Shown here: one piece after another, positions 1 to 7,312 of the stretch | Layout of the letters: the number at the start of each line of letters is the position of its first letter | How positions within the stretch are numbered: position 1 is the first letter of the stretch | From: an uncultured archaeon | GTDB taxonomy: Archaea; Asgardarchaeota; Heimdallarchaeia; Heimdallarchaeales; Kariarchaeaceae | NCBI GenBank assembly: GCA_964645535.1 | Contig: CAZYCQ010000070.1 | Location: 1 to 14,527 of the forward strand | Direction: 5' to 3' | DNA: 14,527 bases | Position numbers and translations under genes: made by a program | Notes under the pieces: generated by a model | Seen by the model: only the letters and a program-made list of their open reading frames with translations | Told to the model about the DNA's origin: nothing | Databases searched by the model: none

Positions 1-49
1 GTAGGGAGGACATAAAAATTTGTCACAGGATACTGATATTTTTTCCAAG

Positions 50-1201
50 TCATTTTTTCAGTTGATTCTCCACTTTTGCGACTTCTTCTGCCCAAATCTT
101 GGCAAATACATCATACGAATGATATTTTGCAGCTTCTTCAGTATTTTTCTGCATTTTTCTCAATTTTTCGTCATCAAAAAGTACTTGAGAGACTTTTTCT
201 ATAATTTCATTTTTGTCTTTGATGTTTTTGATGAAAATCGTGTTGTCTTCAGAAAGTGAGGGTTCGTGATATTTACCATTGACTACTGGAATGGTATGAT
301 AGTTTAATGCTTCAACTACGGTAAAGCAGAGGGTTTCATGGAAGGTAGGGGTTACAAGCATATCAGCAATGGTATAAACAACCGGCAGATAGCGATCATG
401 CAATCTTCCGGTCAGGATAATATTCAATCCTTCTTCTTCAACACGTTGTCGAAGTGGAATAAGATGATAACCACGCCCTACCATGATGCATGTCACATCT
501 TTCATTTGTGAAAAATGCTTGAAGACCTCAAAAATGGTCAAGACATTTTTTTCATTGGCCAATCTGCCCAAATACAGCAAGATTTTGTTTCCGTCTGGGA
601 TATTATAAATTTGCCGGAATTCCTCGATTTGTTCCCTTGTTACATCTTCCTTTTCATAGACAAAGGGAACACGGAAGATCTGCTCTGGTTTGGCACCAAA
701 TCGAAGGGTCTTTTCATAGAACTTGTCCGTTGCAATGGCAAAACGTTGCATGGACATAGTCATATGCATGAAGAATTTCATGAAAATGTTGACGATGGTA
801 TCGGGATAACCAAAGACCAATTTTGCCAATTCATATTCATCATGATGAATAAATTGGTAGACCGGTTTCTTCAATATCTTATTGAAACCCAAAGCATAGA
901 TAATGGTGAGACTCAAGGAATTTACAATAATCATGTCACACGAACGTATTGCTGAAAAAAGTCGGTATGAGGGTAAAGTCAGAAAATAATCCTTGACAGT
1001 TACTGGCAGAACAGGAACCCGAATTTGTTCAATCCCGGGCTCATGTTTTTCATCACCAAGATAGAATCGCTTGGGAACTTTAGGAGCAATGATGACGGGA
1101 GTATGGCCATTGTCCCTGAGGGCTCTGGCAAGATATTCAACAAACCGAACAACTCCATCATAAATTGGATAATACGTATCGGTTAAAATTGCGATCCTCA
1201 A
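50..1201 (-). CDS. Glycosyltransferase family 4 (GT-B fold), similar to 1,2-diacylglycerol 3-glucosyltransferase-like GT4s
   Basis: N-terminal MRIAILTDTYYP..DGV motif, GRLANEKN donor-binding motif and EX7E motif (ETLCFTVVE). The start is TTG with an in-frame stop two codons upstream, so it cannot extend further. Confidence 0.92.
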   Translation of the reverse strand: MRIAILTDTYYPIYDGVVRFVEYLARALRDNGHTPVIIAPKVPKRFYLGDEKHEPGIEQIRVPVLPVTVKDYFLTLPSYRLFSAIRSCDMIIVNSLSLTIIYALGFNKILKKPVYQFIHHDEYELAKLVFGYPDTIVNIFMKFFMHMTMSMQRFAIATDKFYEKTLRFGAKPEQIFRVPFVYEKEDVTREQIEEFRQIYNIPDGNKILLYLGRLANEKNVLTIFEVFKHFSQMKDVTCIMVGRGYHLIPLRQRVEEEGLNIILTGRLHDRYLPVVYTIADMLVTPTFHETLCFTVVEALNYHTIPVVNGKYHEPSLSEDNTIFIKNIKDKNEIIEKVSQVLFDDEKLRKMQKNTEEAAKYHSYDVFAKIWAEEVAKVENQLKK

Positions 1202-1222
1202 TAATTATGCATCATTTACCAG

Positions 1223-1230
1223 CTTTTAAG
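1223..1230 (-). promoter_or_regulatory. Putative TATA box for the GT4 gene
   Basis: CTTAAAAG on the minus strand, 22-29 nt upstream of the TTG start at 1201. Confidence 0.3.
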
Positions 1231-1280
1231 GAATATTGCAGAAAACACACCAAGAGTCAATTTTTCTCATTTGAATTTCC

Positions 1281-2207
1281 TTAGACCTGATCCATGATTC
1301 TGTCTTTGAATTGAATGATTGGATCACCATGGTCAAAAACAGGAGAAAGCACCATCATATCGATACCCATATCCTCAAGAGATCGAATTTTTTCAATCAG
1401 TGTTTCCGGCGTACCGATCAGGTAATCCTCAATTACCTTGTCGACAGGGATGTTCAACCTTTCAGACAGGGTTTTCGCCATCTCTCTCGTTTCTTCTTCG
1501 GATTTTGCGATTCTGATGGCATCGAAACCGGAAATCATATAGTCATCCATATTCTTGCCTGTCTTCTCAACTGCTTCCTTAAACCTATCAAGAACATCCC
1601 GCATGTTCGATATGCCACGGGAAGCTATATTCAGACCTTGTGCATACCTTGCAGTTACTTGGAGCATTCTCGGCTTGGAGCAGCCAACAGAAATGCGCAT
1701 GGGATTTTGAATCGGTTGCGGAATATTTATTGCTCCTTTCAATTTCCAGAATTTCCCTTCAAAATCGACAACTTCCTGGGAAAGCATTAAGTTGAGTATC
1801 TGCAATGAATCAATCAATCGGTCAACTCGTTCTTTTGCTGATGGCATACCTCTGCCTTTTTCCATCAGATCGTACCCAATGTATTCCGGTTCATTCCAGC
1901 CAGCACCGATAAGCACTTCATATCGTCCACCAGTGATGTTGTCCAAGGTAGCAATTGACTTTGCAAGATATGCGGGGTTCCGTAGGCTATTGAAGAGTAC
2001 AATGTGACCAATGCGAATGGTCTTGGTTAGTGCACCAATCGCAGTCATTGTTGTCCATGCTTCAAGATAGGGTTCCCTTCCTTCATCGTCAAATCCGTGC
2101 ACATGATCATTGATGAAAACACCCCAGTAGCCCAAGGATTCTGCGGATCGAGCCTTTTGCAACATTTCATTGAACGTAGGGGATCGGATATATAAGCCGA
2201 ATTTCAT
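1281..2207 (-). CDS. LLM-class (luciferase-like) flavin/F420-dependent oxidoreductase
   Basis: Motifs MKFGL, NDH, EAWTTMTAIG, RNPAYLAKSIATLDNITGGR, GAGW, PQPIQ and C-terminal GTPE..IEKI. Start reassigned to ATG 2207 (MKFGLY, 308 aa) because the extension to 2390 overlaps the upstream gene. Confidence 0.9.
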   Translation of the reverse strand: MKFGLYIRSPTFNEMLQKARSAESLGYWGVFINDHVHGFDDEGREPYLEAWTTMTAIGALTKTIRIGHIVLFNSLRNPAYLAKSIATLDNITGGRYEVLIGAGWNEPEYIGYDLMEKGRGMPSAKERVDRLIDSLQILNLMLSQEVVDFEGKFWKLKGAINIPQPIQNPMRISVGCSKPRMLQVTARYAQGLNIASRGISNMRDVLDRFKEAVEKTGKNMDDYMISGFDAIRIAKSEEETREMAKTLSERLNIPVDKVIEDYLIGTPETLIEKIRSLEDMGIDMMVLSPVFDHGDPIIQFKDRIMDQV

Positions 2208-2259
2208 GGAATGCGATTTGAGGATGACATAAAAGCCTGATGAAAGGGGAATGTGTTGA

Positions 2260-4353
2260 CTATAAGGTAATTCTTGCATCCAAGATAACTGGTTTTTGTC
2301 CTTTCGGTAAGGCAAGAATCGGGTTGATATCGATTTCCTTGATTTGAGGATGATCCACCACGAGTTGGTTGACACGTAACAGGGCATCAATTAATGCCTC
2401 TATGTCAGAAGGAGGTTCTCCCCTAAATCCTAAAAGAAGAGGATATCCCCTAATTTGGGTGATCATCTCCTCTGCATCCCTCCGTGATATCGGAGCCAAC
2501 CGAAAGACCACATCCTTCAGAAGTTCGATCAAAATCCCACCAGAACCAATCATCAGTACATTTCCGAACTGTCTATCAAAGGTTGATCCCATTGCCAGTT
2601 CCACTCCGCTTTGGTAGAATTTTTGAACCATGACAGGTCGATCTTCTTCAGGAACCTTATTTCTGTCATAAACGTCCTGTATTGAAAGCCATGCATCAAT
2701 CAATTCCTCAAAATTGCGGATGTCTAGGAATACACCGCCTGCATCGGTTTTATGTTCGATTTTGGGTGATGCCACCTTAACGACGACAGGAAAACCAATT
2801 TTCTTTGCCTCAGCCAACAAGTCATCAGAGGTATAGACGATTTTAGTTTCTGGGAAACGAAGACCATACAATTCAAATATTTCCTGAGTAAAACGTGGAT
2901 CAAGCAATTCTCCAGGGTTTCCTTTCTTGAGGAGGGTAGCTACTCGCTTTATTGATTTTTGATCCTTGACCAATCTGACCGGTTCTTCGATTGGTGTCTC
3001 TCGCCATTGATAATAGGTATACATATCTTTAAGGACCCTAGCAGCTGATTCAGGGAAATCAAATATGGGAAAGTCCACATCCAAGTCACTTTCACGGATA
3101 ATATCTCGTCCCATGAAACATCCTAGAACTGGTTTTTCACTAGCCTTGATGATTGGATTGACAGCCTGTGCCACTTCCATGGCCTGAATCATCAGTGGAG
3201 GGACAAATATCAAAATCACACTGTCGACATTCTCATCTTCTAGCAATATTTTCAGAGTTTCCTTGTACCGTTCGGCATTTGCACTGGCGATCAGATCCAC
3301 GGGATTAAGAGGGCTAGCCTCAGGCGGGATTACCTTTCGTAACTTTTCCAATGTTGACTCTGTAAGCTCAGCAATCTCCATTCCAAGAGAAATCAATGTG
3401 TCGGTTGCCAAGGTTCCTGGCCCGCCGGAATTAGTGAGAATTGCCACCCGTTTACCTTTTGGTAGAGGTGCCTTCAAGAAGCCTATTGCTGAATCAAACA
3501 GTTCCTTGACAGAATTGACCCGGATAATGCCAGAGCCCTTCATTGCCGCAGAAACAACATATTCCTGTCCCGCAAGTGCTCCAGTATGAGAAGAAGCTGC
3601 ACGTGCGCCTTGAGGAGTTCGACCACTTTTGACCATAAGGATTGGTTTTTTCTTGGATGCGGCCCTAGCGACAGAAGAAAAGTTTCCGGGGTCTGAAAAC
3701 GCTTCCAGATATCCAAGGATTACCTTGGTATCGTCGTCATTCATGAAAAGTTGGAGCATGTGGTTTGCATTGACATCCATCTTATTTCCCAAGGAAACAA
3801 ATTTGGAGAATCCAAGTTTCAGTTGGGTAGCATACTTCATGATTACGACACCAAGCGCACCCGATTGGGAAATGAACCCAATGTTACCAGGGAGTGGTTT
3901 TACCGGTGCAAATGTAGCATTGAGATATGGAGCATGTCCATTCAAAATACCCATGCAATTGGGTCCGACAACCCTCATTCCTCCTTTTCGAGCAATTTCT
4001 GCGATTTCCGCCTCCAGTTGGGCACCTTTTTCACCTATTTCCTTGAACCCGGCAGTGATGATCACTGCAGCTTTGACACCCAATGAAACAGCTTCCTCCA
4101 TGACTTCTTTCACATATTTTGCAGGTACCACAATGATTGCAAGATCAATTTGATCAGGAATGGCGGAAAGAGATTCATAGCAACGTAGGGAATTTACGGA
4201 ATACGCATTTGGATTCACGGGATAGACCCGTCCTTCAAAATTCAGTTCCAGAATGTTTTTCAGGATCTCCCTTCCAATGGAATTGGGGTTGCGGCTTGCA
4301 CCAACAATTGCAACGGTGCGAGGATTGAAAAGGTAATGTATGTTGTCAGTCAT
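2260..4353 (-). CDS. acdAB: ADP-forming acetate/acyl-CoA ligase, fused alpha+beta subunits
   Basis: CoA-binding domain (LFNPRTVAIVGAS, GPNCMG), SQSGALG, phospho-His motif SHTGALAG, TNSGGPG, NPVDL, and an ATP-grasp C-terminus (HKTDAGGV, EIDINP, LDARI). No GNAT domain. Confidence 0.93.
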   Translation of the reverse strand: MTDNIHYLFNPRTVAIVGASRNPNSIGREILKNILELNFEGRVYPVNPNAYSVNSLRCYESLSAIPDQIDLAIIVVPAKYVKEVMEEAVSLGVKAAVIITAGFKEIGEKGAQLEAEIAEIARKGGMRVVGPNCMGILNGHAPYLNATFAPVKPLPGNIGFISQSGALGVVIMKYATQLKLGFSKFVSLGNKMDVNANHMLQLFMNDDDTKVILGYLEAFSDPGNFSSVARAASKKKPILMVKSGRTPQGARAASSHTGALAGQEYVVSAAMKGSGIIRVNSVKELFDSAIGFLKAPLPKGKRVAILTNSGGPGTLATDTLISLGMEIAELTESTLEKLRKVIPPEASPLNPVDLIASANAERYKETLKILLEDENVDSVILIFVPPLMIQAMEVAQAVNPIIKASEKPVLGCFMGRDIIRESDLDVDFPIFDFPESAARVLKDMYTYYQWRETPIEEPVRLVKDQKSIKRVATLLKKGNPGELLDPRFTQEIFELYGLRFPETKIVYTSDDLLAEAKKIGFPVVVKVASPKIEHKTDAGGVFLDIRNFEELIDAWLSIQDVYDRNKVPEEDRPVMVQKFYQSGVELAMGSTFDRQFGNVLMIGSGGILIELLKDVVFRLAPISRRDAEEMITQIRGYPLLLGFRGEPPSDIEALIDALLRVNQLVVDHPQIKEIDINPILALPKGQKPVILDARITL

Positions 4354-4379
4354 CGAGGTCAGGTTAAAATTCTATACCA

Positions 4380-4389
4380 TTTTATTAAA
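4380..4389 (-). promoter_or_regulatory. Putative archaeal TATA box for acdAB
   Basis: TTTAATAAAA on the minus strand, 27-36 nt upstream of ATG 4353, within an AT-rich intergenic gap. Confidence 0.45.
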
Positions 4390-4420
4390 TGAAATGAAAG
4401 ATTTCTAAATTTTTGCACCA

Positions 4421-5380
4421 TCATATCAACCATGGATTGACCCATTCGATGGTTTGTGCATGTTCAAGGAATTGATCTAGATATGGATAATCTATCAATT
4501 TCAGATACTCTACAAGATAATGTTCAAGATCCAACCCAATGGAATATCTTAGTCGATCAATGTCAAATTTGGTTTGTTCATCAAGGTCAGGATAATTCCT
4601 TACCATTTCAGCCATACTTGTGATGGTAGCCCTAGCGGAATATAAGATTTCACGTAATTCAGAAATTCGACCTTTCTTCCCTAGTTTTTCGAGTTTCTTG
4701 AGAAGATTTGTCTTTTGGATGAGAGAATATTTGGCATCTAGAATTTCGGGTGCACCACCGAGCATAAATCCCCCTTTTTCATTGACAAATTGGATTGCCT
4801 GCAAGCATTCCTTATCAAAATTCGAACAACACGACTGTCCAAGATAGTCGACGACAGAAGAGATGTAATGGTCGAAATCCAAAGAACCAGTGTTTGGAAA
4901 CCGGAAATGTCGCTGTGTAAGTAATCCCCAAAAAATAACAGTCAGAAATTCTTTGGGTAGCCTTTGAAAACCAAGCTTTACAGCTCTAGGAATTGCATCA
5001 TCTTTCTCGATGGGTTCATCCTTGTTTTCAAAATAGGCCTTTACTACCTTTTGGATCTCAGCTTCAATCTCTTCCACTGAAAGATTGAATCTTTGCCCAT
5101 CAGTGATTATTCGATTGCATTGACCTAAAAGGAGTTCTAGAGCCGCAATATTTGTATCGCTTCCAACCATCAGAATAGAGCCATCTTCCAGCTGACGGAA
5201 TTTGATTGTGAAACCTTTTGCCTGGATTACTTGTAGGGGATTGGAAGTGAGTTCGTTTGAGACTGAATAAATTGCCTTGAAGATACCTGTAATCAGATAA
5301 GGATCCTTTGAAAAGGGCTTGCCCACTTCGACGAATATATCGGGAGGGCCGTCTTTGGTGGTGATCACGAAAGAACTCAT
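4421..5380 (-). CDS. Longin-like domain protein with a putative C-terminal DENN-like region
   Basis: Residues 1-115 have a beta-beta-alpha-beta-beta-beta-alpha pattern with DPYLITGIFKAIYSVSNEL, resembling the helix-1 signature of Asgard longin domains. Residues 138-181 resemble the start of the cDENN core. Confidence 0.6.
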   Translation of the reverse strand: MSSFVITTKDGPPDIFVEVGKPFSKDPYLITGIFKAIYSVSNELTSNPLQVIQAKGFTIKFRQLEDGSILMVGSDTNIAALELLLGQCNRIITDGQRFNLSVEEIEAEIQKVVKAYFENKDEPIEKDDAIPRAVKLGFQRLPKEFLTVIFWGLLTQRHFRFPNTGSLDFDHYISSVVDYLGQSCCSNFDKECLQAIQFVNEKGGFMLGGAPEILDAKYSLIQKTNLLKKLEKLGKKGRISELREILYSARATITSMAEMVRNYPDLDEQTKFDIDRLRYSIGLDLEHYLVEYLKLIDYPYLDQFLEHAQTIEWVNPWLI

Positions 5381-5392
5381 ACTACATCAACT

Positions 5393-5830
5393 TCAGGTCT
5401 GTCGTGAGAAATAAATCGAACCTACACCCGCAACAAAGCCGCCAAATTCCACCACCATTGAGACGTTGGTAATTGCGAATGCAGTGACTTCATTGAAGCT
5501 GCCCAAAGCCAATATCAAATCAATAAGCTGTTTCAGAAAGAAGAAAAAGAAACAGGCGACCAGAAGGTATTGAGGGGTAAGGTTCAGTTTAACACCAGTC
5601 ATTTGAACTCTTTTCTTGTTTTTGCGGAATGCGTAATACCCATACCCTACAATCCCTGCACTGAACCACACTCCATTTATTTCTACTATAAGTGAGGTGG
5701 CAGTGAAAATTTCACGAGCCCAATCAAGATATTCCAACATTAGAAATGTGAAAATTGCCAGAAAAATATATCCATAAAAAATCACTCTGCCGAAAGGATG
5801 TAAGGGTTGATGATTGCTAGTGGAAGTCAT
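5393..5830 (-). CDS. Hypothetical integral membrane protein (about 4 TM helices)
   Basis: Four hydrophobic segments with a basic loop (RKNKKR). Tightly packed between neighbours. Start is ATG 5830 or GTG 5833, preceded by AGGA. Confidence 0.78.
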   Translation of the reverse strand: MTSTSNHQPLHPFGRVIFYGYIFLAIFTFLMLEYLDWAREIFTATSLIVEINGVWFSAGIVGYGYYAFRKNKKRVQMTGVKLNLTPQYLLVACFFFFFLKQLIDLILALGSFNEVTAFAITNVSMVVEFGGFVAGVGSIYFSRQT

Positions 5831-5851
5831 CACATCCTATATTATCTATCG

Positions 5852-7153
5852 TTATTTAACATATTCAGCAGGTACATGTTCCAAATTTGATTTTTTCTGC
5901 ATTTGCAGTTCATTTTGCACCAATCCTTGGAAAGCAACAATCCCCAATAACGCCATCATTACGCCAGCAACATAAAATGGAAGGTGGATATCTAACCCAT
6001 AAAGATATGCACCCAATAATGGTCCCAATACCCTTGCAATAGCGGCACCACCAGAATTAATCCCCATTCCTTCACCCATCTCTTCCTTTGAAAGTCTCAG
6101 AGAAACCAAACTATTAAGGGTAGGGGTAAGCAATCCCTGACCAATACCTATCGGCACCAAAAACAGAAATAATGTGTATCGATTTTCCGCAAAAGGGATC
6201 AGAATGAAACCCAGAACATTCAACATGAAACCGATAACCACAGTCTTTTCATTTCCAAGTTTCTTCACTACGACTCTGATAAAGCCTGCTTGAACAAAAA
6301 TCACAACAATCCCGATCAGGGCAAATGCATATCCTATTGTACTTTCGTTGAAGAAAGGATCAATTTCTGATGCATAAAGTGCGAACATTGCTTCAAATGA
6401 ACTGAAAACCATTGTTGTAATGGAGAACATTGAAACCAGAAGCAACACCTGTGGAAGGCTCAAAATATGGAAGATTCGTTTTCGACTGGGACCCAGACTT
6501 TTGATCTGTTCCCTTTTTCTTTTGATGTGATCTCTCAATTCCTCGGAAAGCGTTTCTGGAAGATTTACATACGCAAATAAGAAATTAAGGAGTGCCAAGA
6601 CCGATGCCAAAAAGGATGGGGCAGCGTATATAAACTGTTCAAATCCGGGGATAAGAATTCTGCTGGTTGCCGATCCAATGGCAGGACCAAATGTAAAGCC
6701 TAAGCCAAAAGCAGCACCAATAAGCCCCATTCTTGCAGTTCTCTTCTCAGGTGGAGAGATGTCTGCAATAAAAGCTCTTGCAGTGGGAAGGGAGGCAGCT
6801 GTGAAAAAGCCTGCCAAAAATCTGGCAAAAAAAAGTTTGGGAATAGAATCAGATATTCCAAAAACAAAAAAGGAAATCGATGATCCAAATAATCCAACCA
6901 AAACGACAGGCCTTCTTCCAATCCTATCTGAAAGCCGTCCCCAAAAGGGAGAAAAGAGGAATTGAGTCAATGAATAAATTGCCAAGATTGCACCATATTC
7001 GAGTTCTGAGCCATGTAGCGTATCCACTACAAAATAGGGAAGGATTGGAATGATTATTCCAAAACCAAGCAGATCAATAAATACTGCAAGAAACATTAGG
7101 GCAATCCCGCGTTTTTCAATCTCTGAAGGAATTGCAGAAACAGGTTCATTCAT
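5852..7153 (-). CDS. MFS transporter, DHA1/TetA-like drug:H+ antiporter family
   Basis: About 12 TM segments, motif D1 (DLLGFGIIIPILP), motif A (GRLSDRIGRR) and antiporter motif C (GAAFGLGFTFGPAIG). Confidence 0.93.
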   Translation of the reverse strand: MNEPVSAIPSEIEKRGIALMFLAVFIDLLGFGIIIPILPYFVVDTLHGSELEYGAILAIYSLTQFLFSPFWGRLSDRIGRRPVVLVGLFGSSISFFVFGISDSIPKLFFARFLAGFFTAASLPTARAFIADISPPEKRTARMGLIGAAFGLGFTFGPAIGSATSRILIPGFEQFIYAAPSFLASVLALLNFLFAYVNLPETLSEELRDHIKRKREQIKSLGPSRKRIFHILSLPQVLLLVSMFSITTMVFSSFEAMFALYASEIDPFFNESTIGYAFALIGIVVIFVQAGFIRVVVKKLGNEKTVVIGFMLNVLGFILIPFAENRYTLFLFLVPIGIGQGLLTPTLNSLVSLRLSKEEMGEGMGINSGGAAIARVLGPLLGAYLYGLDIHLPFYVAGVMMALLGIVAFQGLVQNELQMQKKSNLEHVPAEYVK

Positions 7154-7174
7154 ACCTGCAATAGAACTTTACCC

Positions 7175-7182
7175 TAATAAAG
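7175..7182 (-). promoter_or_regulatory. Putative TATA box for the MFS operon (leaderless spacing)
   Basis: CTTTATTA on the minus strand, 22-29 nt upstream of ATG 7153. Confidence 0.4.
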
Positions 7183-7259
7183 CATTCCGATATATCGCAT
7201 ATTCGAAACGTATTCGCGGAATAGCATCTCTTGCATCAATTCGAACCCATTCCCTAACA

Positions 7260-7267
7260 TTATAAAG
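7260..7267 (+). promoter_or_regulatory. Putative TATA box for the helicase operon
   Basis: TTATAAAG in the divergent intergenic region upstream of the candidate helicase starts. Confidence 0.45.
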
Positions 7268-7312
7268 CAGAAAAGAGAAAGAGGTTTGAGGCGTGACTTG
7301 CAAGCAAAGAGA

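Noticed and set aside
2208-2390. 61-aa N-terminal extension of the LLM ORF
   Set aside because: It overlaps the acdAB 3' end, and family similarity begins at MKFGLY (ATG 2207).
2260-4353. Protein lysine acetyltransferase (Pat/YfiQ) interpretation
   Set aside because: There is no GNAT domain, and the catalytic His (SHTG) is retained, which supports an active ligase.
20-4847. Plus-strand ORFs (20-259, 515-955, 1311-1790, 1319-1516, 1792-2007, 2369-2617, 3263-3589, 3629-4153, 3751-4086, 4137-4328, 4620-4847)
   Set aside because: They are antisense shadows of well-supported minus-strand genes and have no recognisable motifs.
5852-7153. Calling the MFS a bona fide tetA resistance gene
   Set aside because: The motifs define only the DHA1 family. 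There is no adjacent tetR or mobile context, and the substrate is unknown.
7141-7158. CAGGT...ACCTG inverted repeat enclosing the MFS start codon
   Set aside because: The stem is only 5 bp, which is expected by chance.
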